Both the position numbers and the translations under genes were made by a program. From the NCBI GenBank assembly GCA_004022145.1, contig RCNU01000003.1: 64,000 nt of DNA; one strand, given 5' to 3'. A model generated the notes under the pieces. That model saw only the letters and a program-made list of their open reading frames with translations, ran no database searches and was not told the origin of the DNA. This stretch comes from Paecilomyces variotii. Taxonomy: Eukaryota. Below, piece after piece: positions 1 to 12,099 of this stretch (position 1 is the first letter of the stretch; each line of letters opens with the position of its first letter).

Positions 1-1022
1 CCTGGAGCTATCTGGGATAGGCAACCCGGACATTCTGAAGAAAGCTGGTATTCAGACGAAAGTGGAGAATACCCATGTTGGGGAGAATCTCCAGGAACAT
101 ATAAGTGAGTTTCTCTTCTTGTTTTTTCCAGCTTTGGCAAGACGGGTCAAACTTACACGAAGTTCGCGTAGTGTCCATGACGGTCTTTGAGCTCCGGTCC
201 GATATTGTAACTCCAGATGACTATGCCGATGCTGAGTTTAAACGCAAAGCCGACCATTTGTATGAAACCACCAAGGGAGGACTCCTCACCGCTACCCCGG
301 CATCAATGGTCTATCTTCCCGCTTCCAAGCTCTTCCCCGACTTGAGTAGTTTAGCTGAGAAGGCCCGAGAATTTACGACACGGCATCCCAAACCATCACG
401 GGACTATATCTTGAACTCTATCCGGCAGCGACAGTTTTCTTCGGAATCGTCTCTTGGTCAAGTAGAATTCATTCTTGACCATGGCAACTATAGCCCTGTT
501 TTCAAGAGCGAGTCAGGAAAGAAGTATGCGACCATGATGCAGGTTCTTCAGTATCCCTACAGCAGAGGCTCCATCCACATCGATCCGTCGGCTGCGACAA
601 GCGGCAAAGTCATAATCGATCCCAAGTATTACCAAGGAGAGGGAGCAATCGATTACGAAGTCATGGTGCAGGCACAAGCCTTCGGAGATCTGATCTGCCG
701 TACGGCTCCCTTGAGCGACATTGTTGTTAAACGGGTCTATCCTCCAGAGAATCCATCGCTCGACTGGCGACAATGGGTTAGCCATAACACCATTACTGAC
801 TGGCACCCAATTGGCACTTGTTCAATGCTACCTCGGAAGAGCGGTGGTGTCGTGGACTCTCAGCTTAAGGTCTACGGAACGACTAACGTGAGGGTGGCAG
901 ACGCGAGTGTATTTCCTCTTCACATCAGTGCTCACATCCAGGCGACTATCTACGCAGTGGCAGAGAAAGCGGCAGACTTGATCAAGCAGAAATGGGACTC
1001 ACCGTTACGGGCGAATCTCTGA
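1..1022 (+). CDS. GMC (glucose-methanol-choline) oxidoreductase, 3' part (5'-truncated by window; intron 105-171)
   Basis: Frame from base 2 reads LELSGIGNPDILKKAGI..VGENLQEH (GMC signature). After a GT-AG intron come PYSRGSIHI, WHPIGTCSM, GGVVDSQLKVYGTTNVRVADASVFP and the C-terminal AEKAADLI. Confidence 0.93.
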
Positions 1023-1611
1023 CGGCCTGCCTGTCATCAAGCCGTATGTCATATCATGCGGGATAGGAGAGTAGTTGAGAAATCAATGTTCGAGATTCAC
1101 CACCGTATCAATGGCAAATGATCCTGGAAATATGGGTTTCTATATCGAATGAATAAATTGGATAGATAAAATGACCATGCCACTTTATACTAACACTATT
1201 ACTGAATACTCTACGGGGCTCTAGACATATTACGCTGTAAAAGTAAATTCCACCAGGCAAGAATTCAATGACATAGAAACACAAGGACTACCATCGGAGA
1301 TACCGCCGAATAGTATTATACAATCATTCAAGCACTCCATAATATTTGCAAGAGTACGCAAGCATGATAGGTTATGATCCGGTCCATTACCTTGTATAAG
1401 TACTTAAGATGATACATATTAGCAGAACAGCCGTATGCAACACTGACGTTGACAACTTCTATCCATTATCCAGTCAATAGAATTAACTCTAAATAATCAA
1501 ACAAAAAGAAAACTCCCGAGATGGCGAAAGGCTGCTCTACAAACAAGCAAAAGGTATCACAAACAGACGAATATCAGAATAGTAACGAACGCATATTTCT
1601 TCCCCAGGTCC

Positions 1612-2606
1612 CTAAACTGCCGCATATAGACTGAGATAGACACCCCATATTACGCCACATGCGCTACCGAAGACGACTCGTCTATCGACAGGGACGACGG
1701 TGTACATCAGAATCGACACCACGGGACGGAACTTGGAGCGAGCTACAGTTATAGGCCAGAAGTCCTAATATGGAGTTAGTACCTCTCACGCAGCGACATC
1801 TGTGAGATTTGAGATATGACTAGAGCCTCTAATCTCACGAGAATAGGAATAAAGGAATAAACACGTATACATACCTCGCAAATGAGGTCCCAGATCGTAG
1901 ACAAATTCGCGCCCTTGAGCAGATTAATAAGGAAAATAAAAATGACGATGTTCACAAAACCCGCGATCGTCTGATCCAGCATGAATTTGATAATAAAGTT
2001 TCGCATTCCAGAATTCGAACCTGTTGCTGGAACCGCGTCCCGTGCAGGTTTCTCCTTTCGCGGAAGAACATCAGGCGGTGGAGCGGTTGGTGTCGTGAAG
2101 AAAGCTGGCGAGGAACTGACGACGGAGGAAGAAGAAGGAGGAGATGCTCGTCCTCGTCGCCAGCCTGCGGTACTAGGGAAGCCGGGGAATTTGGCTTCCA
2201 CGTACCTCTGCCATGAGAAGTTCATGGGAACAATAATGACGGCATATGTGACGAATTGAATTAGAGCAATGACGTTGAGAGAGAGCGGTTTCTGAACATG
2301 GGTGTTAGCTATGATCCTTCCTAGAAATAAAGCTTTGGCTATACATATTATAGAGCAAAAGGGAGATGGAGAATTGAAGCGTTCATTGGATATGTATATC
2401 AAGTGTACACCGCAGTATGCGCATGCGCCAAGAGGACAAAAAAGCTTCCACTGTTGAAATATACAAAAGGGACAAACCGAGGGAAAGAAATGGAAAGTGC
2501 TTATACATACGCCATGCTTATATTGATCAATCAATTGAGCAAGGATATTCGAGAAGGCGTTGAGGATGGCAGACTGAATGAGGGTGACACCCAAGGGCGA
2601 CAACAT
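1612..2606 (-). CDS. Mpv17/PMP22 family integral membrane protein (3 exons; introns ~2292-2510 and ~1765-1874)
   Basis: SNILAQLI, NFSWQRYVE and KFMLDQTIAG motifs. The last exon, read by hand, is DFWPITVARSKFRPVVSILMYTVVPVDRRVVFGSACGVIWGVYLSLYAAV*. Confidence 0.85.
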
Positions 2607-3153
2607 GGTCACGGTAATGGCTACAACAACATGCCGCAGATGCAAAGTAGATAGCACTCTACATCAGGTATGTAGCTGTCCCATCTTTGGAGCAGGTTTT
2701 GATCTTATTTATTGGGAACTGGGTGGGTTTTGGTCGATCAAACTGAAGGGGGTGCGGGCGCGGGGACTTAACTAAAATAACGCACGCGTCTCAGGTGTGA
2801 ACGTGGCCTCTCAGTCCCTCACCCGCGCTTATTTTGACATCCAAAGTATGAGAGTGATCAGCGCTGATCTCGTGCTGGATAATGCGCATTTGAGAATATA
2901 AACATGATTGATATTTCTTAAATTGTGTATCATTATCAGCTAGTCCTTGCAAGCAACTGCAAGTCGAGCGCCCGAAATCTAGGGTGCTCTGATCTGCTAG
3001 CAACACATCGCGGGAACAAAGATGGTCACAATAATATGTAAACTCCCGAAAACTAAGTATTCATCCTATGAACTAGTTATAGTTCAATCATTTGGAAATG
3101 AACCCTCCTACCATACATCAAAGATATCTGTGCTGCTTCAAACACTTAGCTAA

Positions 3154-4916
3154 CTAGACACCCTCGGCCCTCCTCCGAATAAGCACATTTGGCCCATTCT
3201 TCTGACTTGTGAAATGGTCTACCATGGCAAGATGTCCATGTTTATCCTCACCAATCCGATCTGCCAACGAAACATCGAACAAGAACATCATCCGCGCGAT
3301 GGTTAGTCTAAGTTCCATCAACGCCATGCTCTTCCCGATGCATCCTCTGGGCCCGATACTAAACGGACAGAAGGCTCTTCGCGCAATCTCAAGTTCTTCT
3401 TTCGTTGTCTGCCATGAATTATTTCCTGTCTGGCAGATAGCTCCATCGATCCATCTCTCTGGGACGTACGCCAACGGCTCACGGTAGTACGCCGGGTGTC
3501 TGTGAATGGAGTACGTGGGAGTTCCACAGTTTGAGCCTTCAGGAAGGAAGACGCCATCAACTTCGGCACCTCCTTCCATGACTTCACGGGGAATGGCCCC
3601 GGGAACGGCTGGTGTGAGACGCATCGCTTCATCAATGCATGCTTTCAAGTATACCAGCTCATTCAGCTTCGTGCCGGTGATGATCTCTTCGACATCGTTG
3701 AAGTTCTCTCGAATTTCTCTCTTGAGAGTCTCCATGGCTTTGGGATTGCGAACAAGGTAGAAGATCGTAGACGCCAGGCCTGTAGAGGTGGTATCACTTC
3801 CGGCGATCATGAGCACATTGGCTTCACCCCAAAGCTCCTGCGTTGCCAGTCCCTTGCCGGTATTGGGGTCCTTAGCATTGAGGAGGTAGTGGAAGAAGTC
3901 CTTCTTGGCCTCGTGGCCGGCCTGGGTTCTCTCTTTCGCTCGTTGGTTGGCCTCAACGCGGGAATTCATGATGAAATTCCATCGATCCTTTGTGAGCTTC
4001 CTGATAAATATCTTATCCAAACCCCAGCGGTCTAATGGCATCCATAGTCCACACTAAGGTATAATATTGTCAGCTTTCTCGTCGAGCATTCACTACTTAG
4101 GAAGATTCAAACATACCACATAATGTCGATAAGCAGCTCTATCAACCAAGGAGATCATCTTCCTCCTCCCGATTTCAATTAACATATCGAAGCTCTTCCC
4201 GAAACATAGTTCACCCATGACATCGTACGTCAGATATCCGAACCAGTCAGCCATATTCCATATAGGAGCACCGCCAAGTTGCCTATCAGATCTTGTCGCA
4301 TCTCCATGAAGTTCGCCACCCATAATCGCACAGAACTGACGAACATGCAAGAGCATAACATCTTCCATGCCCTTGAGTGCGTGGTCTGAAAATGCCTGAC
4401 TGAGCACACGCCTCTTTCTACCGTGTACGGTCTTATCGATTACGTTGTGGGTATTATACACCCCCTTGATGGCCGGGAAGGCGTTGTAGAAATCCGCCTT
4501 CTTGAGACGCTTCCCATGTCCGTAGATATCATGTAGCCCTTGTGCCGTGTTCACAGACACGAAGTTGGGCGCTACTCGGACATGAGAGCCGTATTGCTGA
4601 TGGAGGCCATGTAGCCAGATATGTCGATCTCCTTTTAATCCATGGTAGAGCTGTACCCAGGGAGTTACCGTCGCCAAGAATGGACCATCAATATGGCGCA
4701 GAGGATGGAAGAATCTGTTATAGAGACCGTATCCAAATATCTGATGTTAAAATGTATACTTAGCTTCCAACCCTTTTTCATGTCGAAGCAGTTCGTATAC
4801 GCACAGGTGGACGAACCACGGTCGAAAGTGAGACATACCAGAACTCCAAGGGCAAGACATAATGCCGTTGCCACCCCCTCAATGGATAAGTAATTGACTA
4901 AGGGTTGCACAATCAT
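3154..4916 (-). CDS. Cytochrome P450 monooxygenase (benzoate-4-monooxygenase-like/CYP548-like; 3 exons, introns 4741-4838 and 4054-4116)
   Basis: N-terminal TM anchor, HPLRHIDGP, I-helix AGSDTT, ExxR (EAMR), PERW and heme motif FSIGPRGCIG. Canonical GT-AG introns join three ORF-track pieces. The subfamily call is tentative. Confidence 0.93.
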
Positions 4917-5789
4917 CTGGAATTTGGTCGTGTTGTCGCTGATCTCAGAGGGAGATCCGAAGATAGCCGACGGAAAGCGGCGGAGAGAGCTTTGAGCGGA
5001 TAGTTCCCCACACTACAAGCAGTTGCAAGTCCGGGGTTAATCAGAAGGAAGAATCGAATGTGAAATGGTTTATTTGGTAGTCGTCTTTAAGAGGAAGCCA
5101 TGGGGGAAGGGTCTATCTATATACTCGTTCGATGCTCGGTTACTCACGGCGGACTCTATGCTTCCTATGGCACCATGCTGCATGTAACGACTCTATTTCT
5201 TGCGGCAGATTGGCTGCCTGAACCAAGGATAAGATATTAGAACGCCCGAGTCAGCATATTTTCTTATTTCTCTGTCTGTGCACCCTTCTCGGGTATGCCG
5301 GAGATATGCCATAATCTCACACGATAGTCATATAGTTGTAGAGAACCTAGAAAGGCTCATGCAACAGCAGATGCAAAACCACACGTGGGACTCGTGTCTC
5401 TGTGTGCACTGGCTGCTATTGTATCTTACCACGGCTTCTTATCAAAGCCTCTAAGCAATCGAAAATATCCAAGTTATCCCAACCGCAATACGGACAGCGC
5501 GGGCGCATCAGGAAACGAATACATCCGTTCCCTGCATGGAAGTTACCGATATAAAACCGATATTCAGCCCGAATTGGGAGTTATAGTAGCCCACTGCAAC
5601 GGAGGACCGCAGTCGAGTCTCCATTCGATTTGCAGTCTCTGCCCCAATATCGACCTACCTTCAAGTCACAACTGGAGGCCAAGTGAGCAGAAGGTATATT
5701 GTTGCATGAACGTGTCGGAGCTCCACGATTTGCTCCTTGATCGGCAGCTCCGCGTGGTAAATCAAGTGAATATCCCTTCCCTCTATACC

Positions 5790-7439
5790 CTACGTCGCTT
5801 CGCTCTCAGTTCCATATCCATGCAATCCCCCATCCAAGATCCACTGTTCGTTGTCGTCGTTATCATCCTGGACGCGTCTCCACGTCTGCGTCCTCTCCTT
5901 CCGCGCGTGGGCCACAGGCTCCTTTCCCGCTGGAGCCTTCCAAACTGGTCTCACCAGACCACCAGCTGCTAGGAGAGGATTCTTCCCAAAGGCTGCACCG
6001 CTCGCACTAGTCGTTGCTTGATCCCCAGTCTCCTGGGCAGCGGCGCGAGCGAGCTCTTCCTCTTCCGCATCTTGCTCTTCTTTTTTGGAGGATTCTGCTG
6101 GTGAAGACTGGTATGTCCTCACAACACGACCACCCTTGATATCAAGGCTCATGACCGTCTTCTTCCTCTCCCATTCTGGTCGCGCTTTTTCTTCCATTTC
6201 ACGTAAAATCCGCTGTTGCTTCTTCAATGCAAGCGCCCTCTGTGCAGGGCTCATCCACAGCGTCGAAGCTACATTTGGTGTCTCAAAATCAGCAGCCTCA
6301 TCCACAACTTTTGTACGCTGTGCATTTTGAGCTTGAAAGGCGAGGAGCTTGTCGCGGTGAGCCTTGGCAGCTTCAAGCTTGCTTGAAGATGGACCTGGTC
6401 CCGGCCCGCCATCGTGATGCAGACTCTCATTATGTGCTCTCATTTTTTCATTGCCACGTTCCGCCCGAAGCTCTTTGATCATACTCTGTATATCCTCGGT
6501 AGATATGAGCGCTGCTCCACAGAAAGAGCAGGGCTGGAGACCTTCCAAGGCGCAAATAATCTTCCCGCAACTCAAACAGTTGGGGGCAGGTGTGAACAGT
6601 GGGTGAAGTGAAGCATTACAGTTGCACTTTCGCTGTTCTTTACTCAACGTTGGATTTGTAGACACCTCCAGAGCCGCGATGGCTGCCGTCAAGTCTTCAA
6701 TGTTGCCCGTCGTAATAGATTGCTTTCCAGGAGTCGAGGTACCGGAACTAGTGTGCCGCGAAGATTTCGCCGTTCTAGATTTCACATTAGGTAGATAGTC
6801 TGATATCAACGGGCCAGCGGCCGAAGGAGGCGCCTTCGTGCTCGATTTTGGACCGGGGGACGGATTTTGTGAGGATATGAGCGATGAAGCATTCGGGGAA
6901 GCAGATATCGTAGTCTGCGGCAGCTGCAGCGCAGCAGGCTTGTCTGATAATGCCAGTGCGTCAGATAGCGACGCGCTAGCTCCAGGAGCTCCCATATCCC
7001 GTTTATTGCCAGTCGAAGAGCCAGGCATATATACCTCTTCTTTATCAGACTTCATATATCCACCCGTAACATTTCCGTAATTCTCCGGTCTTCGCGGAGG
7101 GCCAGCGCTATGTAAGGGCGCCTTTGTCCTCTTGTTTTTCTTCTGTACATTCCTATGTTCATTTGTCTGTCGTCCATTACTATCGTGTCCACCAGCTGCT
7201 GGCGATGCGCTTCCCGACTCTCTGGGAGGAGTCTCGCCGCCTCCCCGTCGCGAGTTGAAGGAAGAGATAAACTCCAGTGCCGCAGGAGAGTCGCCAAGGA
7301 GGTTCTTCAGATGCTCCGCACAGGCATCTTTCGACAGACTCGCAGAATACGTGATTATCTGCGTGAGAGACTCCTCATCGAGTGGAAGGAGCTGGGAGAG
7401 GCGGGGGACTCCCCATGCGACAAGGTCCGTTCCGGGCAT
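5790..7439 (-). CDS. RQT4: C2HC5 zinc-finger protein, ASC-1/TRIP4 homologue (ribosome quality-control trigger subunit Rqt4)
   Basis: 549 aa single ORF. N-terminal PWI-like helical region and zf-C2HC5 CNCNASLHPLFTPAPNCLSCGKIICALEGLQPCSFCG, followed by AKAHRDKLLAFQAQNAQRTKVVDEAADF. Confidence 0.85.
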   Translation of the reverse strand: MPGTDLVAWGVPRLSQLLPLDEESLTQIITYSASLSKDACAEHLKNLLGDSPAALEFISSFNSRRGGGETPPRESGSASPAAGGHDSNGRQTNEHRNVQKKNKRTKAPLHSAGPPRRPENYGNVTGGYMKSDKEEVYMPGSSTGNKRDMGAPGASASLSDALALSDKPAALQLPQTTISASPNASSLISSQNPSPGPKSSTKAPPSAAGPLISDYLPNVKSRTAKSSRHTSSGTSTPGKQSITTGNIEDLTAAIAALEVSTNPTLSKEQRKCNCNASLHPLFTPAPNCLSCGKIICALEGLQPCSFCGAALISTEDIQSMIKELRAERGNEKMRAHNESLHHDGGPGPGPSSSKLEAAKAHRDKLLAFQAQNAQRTKVVDEAADFETPNVASTLWMSPAQRALALKKQQRILREMEEKARPEWERKKTVMSLDIKGGRVVRTYQSSPAESSKKEEQDAEEEELARAAAQETGDQATTSASGAAFGKNPLLAAGGLVRPVWKAPAGKEPVAHARKERTQTWRRVQDDNDDNEQWILDGGLHGYGTESEAT

Positions 7440-7680
7440 CGTAGTAGCGCAGGGATTAGGAACAATCAGAGCGGAAGGGTGAGATAGATGGTGTCGTTAG
7501 ATAAAACTAAATTGAAAACGCCAGCATTCTCTCGTAGCAGCTCCTTGAACTATCGAGACTGCTGAAGCTGTAGCTTTTGTGGTTTGTGCTTTGGAGCTGA
7601 TGTTCTCCGGACAACGGAGATGCTTTTGCTGTGGCGTTTTCCGCTCCGCTGACTCTGCACTAATCCAGTTTAAGCTTTAA

Positions 7681-7882
7681 AGGCTTTTCCAATATAAATG
7701 CTGAAAATACCTATAGATTTATGAAAGATATACAAGATCAATTGTAGATACTTTTAAATTCTGTTTTTTCTATAGATATTTAAGATGTATGTTTGCAAAG
7801 CGAGGACCTGCAAATTCCCTATTGTGGTTGGTTTTGCCGTCCCAGGTAAATAGTCTCCCGATACGCCGTCCTGTAAAAATCG
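7681..7882 (+). repeat. Diverged ~200 bp direct repeat, copy 1
   Basis: Collinear exact blocks shared with 9840-10031: AGATCAATTGTAGATA (7735-7750), TTCTATAGATA, TTTAAGATGTA, AAAGCGAGGACCTG (7797-7810), TTTTGCCGT and CCCGATACGCCGT (7857-7869). Confidence 0.9.
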
Positions 7883-8190
7883 TGAGCTTGGACAACAGTA
7901 ACAAGGGCTTGAGCCACACTGAATGGCAGTTGATAGGGGAGATTGCCGCATTTGAGTCTTTCAGAAACTCAACTTAGTTCCAGAGTAGATATAGTTTACG
8001 ATATATACACTTGCTCCGTAATCAATCAGTATGGCACTGACCTTCCCAAAGCCCTCAGGGACAGCTGCATGATGCTGGACAGGGCGACCTTGGTGCACCA
8101 TATTCCTAAGCAGGAGTGGAGAAGTTGCTAATGCATATTGGCATATTTCAGACGTGCATCCGAAACCCTCCCCCCACAGCTATTTCCTGG

Positions 8191-9731
8191 CTACAACAGA
8201 TTAAGCCATTCGTGTTGCAGCAGTTCTGCCGCCGATTTTCGAGACTCGGGATCGATTGCAAGCATGCATCTAAGGAAATCGACGAACACAGGGACTTCAG
8301 CATCGGGCATATCGCGAGGTTTCAGGAAAGGTTTTGTTGTGCCGTTTATCAGATGTTCAAGGCTTGTGGGTTTCAAGTGCCGAATTCGACGAAGATTCCC
8401 TGAAACCAAGCCACATTAGAATGACAACATCTAAGATGTCAGTAGGATATACCTTTTTCGTCAAAAAAGTGCGGTGCGCGATGCCCCCTTTTAATGAACT
8501 GAAGTGGGAACGGGCCAAGGACCTCCATGATCCTTGCCAGGTGATCGTCTTCAGCAGTCCATGACCCAGTTCTCGATGCCTCACCGGAGAAAGGAATTAT
8601 TCCTTGAACAAACTCCACGATCTGCAGATAGCTGAAGTCAACATAGGGCAAACTGCGTCGTGGTCAAGAACTGATACTTACAAGGCATCCAAGACTCCAT
8701 ATATCGACTCCAACGTCCCAAGGAGCGCCGATAGTCACCTCGGGTGCCCTCATAGCGGGCGACTGGATTAGGTCTGACAGATGTTTTTCTATCCAAGACG
8801 CTTCAGATCAGTTAATTATATATCCGAATGGAAGCAGAAAAATGGCCCATTTACCCACGCCGAAGTCGATGATCCTGACATGAGGCTTTTGCATTTCCGA
8901 GATGAGCGGGGTCGAGATAACCTCCCGGAGTGCACGTCGATGATCGGTTCGCGGGGGAACTGCCGACAAGTACTGGGCAACGGCATTGTTCGGACGTTCC
9001 AGCTCGAGAAGGATATTCGTTGGTTTTAAATCTATCCGACCGTCCAGACAACGTCAGCATACAACAATAGTCCATATATTCAAGGGCGTCTTAGGGGATA
9101 CCGGTATGAATGATGCCACACTCTCTGTGGAGGAAATCGAGCCCAAGCAGAAGCTGCCGCGAAATCATTTTCATCGCCTTCACGGGTAGTTTCCCATCTT
9201 CGTATTTGGCAGCCTGAAAATCCAGATGATGGCCAAGTACGTCGAATACAAAACACACATGATCTCCATTAGGCCCTTTCTGTTTGAAATGGTCCAGAAG
9301 ACCTGACACATAGTTGCGACCTTCGTGAGAGCTTTTTCCAGAGATCTCCAGGATTTTCAGTAGGATTTCTCTCTCGAAGATATTATGAGACCCGCCGTAA
9401 CAGTCCGCCCTCAGCACCTTGAGTGCTACGAATCTCTGATGTCTAAGCCATCGGTTAGGTAGTTTCGCGGACGGGCGACTTACTTATAATCCCTAGCAAG
9501 CCAAACTGTCGAATACTGTCCATATCCCAACTTCCTCAGGACAGTGTATTGACCAGAACCGAGGGTGTCACCTAGGGAAATGGGATGGAAACCCCCGGCT
9601 TTGTAATAGTCTGGTTCTTCTGCGACTGGGTATGAGTTCACACGCTCTAATGATGCGAAGTGAGAAAGTGACCCAAAGAGCTTCGTTATCCGGGACCGAA
9701 TGTTCGTTAAGGACGCTTTTATTGAAGTCAT
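8191..9731 (-). CDS. SRPK/Sky1-like serine/threonine protein kinase (accessory paralogue, 6 exons, apparently intact)
   Basis: Spliced by hand: YYKAGGFHPISLGD, RKLGYGQYSTVWLARD, VALKVL, GPNGDHVCFVFDVLG, IIHTDLKPTNILL, IIDFGVAS, IQSPAMRAPEV, DIWSLGCL, SAAELLQHEWL. Five GT-AG introns and no stops. Confidence 0.9.
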
Positions 9732-9839
9732 AGTTTGACGAAGGTGACACAGAATATGGGACTCACAGAGAAGAAACCCATGGCGGAGCGGAGATAGTTA
9801 AGTACATTACGACGAAGACTGCACGTGACAATGCAGCTG

Positions 9840-10031
9840 AGGCCCTTTACAATATAAACATTGAAAATATAGATTATTAAAAATATCTGAGATCAATTGT
9901 AGATATTTAAATTCAGTTTTTCTATAGATACCTTTTAAGATGTAAAGCGAGGACCTGTGAATTGCCGCTTGCTGTTGATTTTGCCGTTTCCGGCATGGTC
10001 GCCCGATACGCCGTATCGTAAGTAAACATCG
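9840..10031 (+). repeat. Diverged ~200 bp direct repeat, copy 2
   Basis: Same blocks as copy 1: AGATCAATTGTAGATA (9890-9905), AAAGCGAGGACCTG (9944-9957), CCCGATACGCCGT (10002-10014). Confidence 0.9.
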
Positions 10032-10390
10032 CCAGTATACTTTCTCTCCCATCTTCTTTTCCTCGAATCACCCCAAATATTCTACACCCTCCTCGTTTCA
10101 TCTACACCTATGGCTGCTACTAAACCCCCTTTTTCCCCATCAGGAACCCTTATAGATTAGTCAGATCTTTTCTAATCATGCCTTGACAGGGAAGGACAAT
10201 AACGAACTAGCGCGAGCAACCAGGACTGCCAAGCATACCTAATCATGTGAGGCTACAACATTAGGCGGTGAGCTCACGAACAGATCAAAAGGGACCATTG
10301 TTTCTTAAAGGGGCTGCGAGAACAAGAGGGTATCTCTATTAAATCATCCTGTTTCTGTCCTTTAAAGCAAGCAGCTCGCTTACCAGTATT

Positions 10391-12037
10391 ATGATGCTGA
10401 GGACACACCCTCTTTTATAGGAAGAGATCACTTACTCTATCGCCTGAAAAGAAGAAGTTAATATTCTCCACCGGCTGAAATATTATGACTAGTAATATAA
10501 ATTTTTTGCTTATATTTCTGACAGTCGCCGCTAGATCCAGGTTATCGTTGCTTATTATTTAGGATTGAGATTACCAGATGATTATAAAGTAGCTGATATA
10601 GCAGACTGGCTTTATAGCAGCTTCAATATATATATACCAGTAATAATTAATAACTGGAAGTATAAACAGCAAAGAGGCCAGCGTGTTATTCTTTAACTAC
10701 CTCTTCCCTATTATATAGGAGAATCTTTCTATCCAGGAAATGGAGACGAAAAAATCTATTATAAAGCTGGGACATATGCCTGGCTGTAGGACAACTGTCC
10801 TAATATACCGATCCTAAGGCTTTATGGCTTTGCTTTATCTACTGGTCAGACTGTATAGCTCCCCATCTAATCTCTAGCCTTTATATAAACTAATAGAGAT
10901 AATTAATTTACTTATATTAAGAATCTTCCCTTTTTTAGTATATATTTCTAATATCTATGTTATCGGTTATTATTATGCCTTTCCCGCCCAGTTCCTACCC
11001 GTTATATCTCTTATTCCTTATCTTATCTACTCAATTAGAGAATAATCTGTACTGGATACATATTTATTGAGTATATTGAAGGGACTATTAGGGAAATACT
11101 TTTATCTATATAGAGATAAAAACGCGATAATCCTGGGTTATACTCAAATCTCTTTTATGATCTTTCTCAAATTTTCTTAAGTATCTCGTAACTTTCCCTA
11201 CCGAAAATTGGGTCTCTTATTATTGATAATTATGGATTCTTGCAGTTAAACAATTAGCCTCTTTTACTTAAGATTTAGGATCTAGAGAATAAGCGCATTC
11301 CAACTTATATTGCGCAAGACTATATATACTGCACTGTTGAATCCTACATTATAGATATTCTTGGTGCCTATAATAGTCACCTTATACACCAACCAAATGC
11401 TATTAATAACTCGGGAGACTATATATATTAAGCATTAGCTTTAACAGCCATACGGGCTATTCTACCTTTATTCTTTTGGCGAGAGTTCTGCCGCGGGCTA
11501 TTTACTTTGTCTTTTACCAATATTTATCTGAGCAATATTTTTGTCAATAAAAACTGGCATATTACTGCTCTAGTTAACCTTAAATAAGTATACACTCGGC
11601 CAGTAAAGCTGATAAGGACTCCTACTTAGCTTATGAATTAGGCAGTAAATAAGATTGCGGAGATATTAGATAAGTACAATAAGATGCGTGCTGAATTTAT
11701 AGAAATTCTAAGGGCTAAAGAAGACTATTCTAGATTTATAGGTCTTATCGGCAATAATTTTAAGACAAGACTTTTAGCTATTATAAAGAAGGGCTAGAAA
11801 TTAGGCATATTCTAGTATTTACTTGCGCTTGCTAGTCCGACCAGTTTATTCTTGGTTTTTTATAAGCAGATCCAGCCCAGATTTCTTAGATATTGCCGGG
11901 GTAATAATAACTCTAATACTTTTCACTAAGTTATGCTATAGTATTGGTTATAAGATTTCGTGAGAATCGGTATAAGGAAGCTCTCAGATAAAAAGGAATA
12001 TAACATTTAGCTTAAGGAAGAATTTCAAGAAGAGTGA
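10391..12037 (+). pseudogene. RIP-mutated aminoglycoside-phosphotransferase (APH)/protein-kinase-like gene
   Basis: AT- and TpA-rich. The frame is kept (one intron near 10852-10906) but has many TAA/TAG/TGA stops. It reads DWLYSSFNIYIPV, L*LPLPYYIGE..PGNGDEKIYYKAGTYAWL*DNCPNIPILRLYGF, and catalytic TNIYLSNIFVNKNWHITALVNLK* (11516-11587). The last reverts by transitions alone to TDIHPSNIFVDENWHITALVDLEW. Confidence 0.88.
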
Positions 12038-12099
12038 TATTAAAGGTGGTCAAATTTTGGAAAAACGTTGGATGGATTATTATAGACCTCCGCACATAG

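Noticed and set aside
7640-9792. 10-bp inverted repeat TCCGCTCCGC / GCGGAGCGGA around the kinase unit
   Set aside because: Short, low-complexity, and no flanking TSD; compatible with chance.
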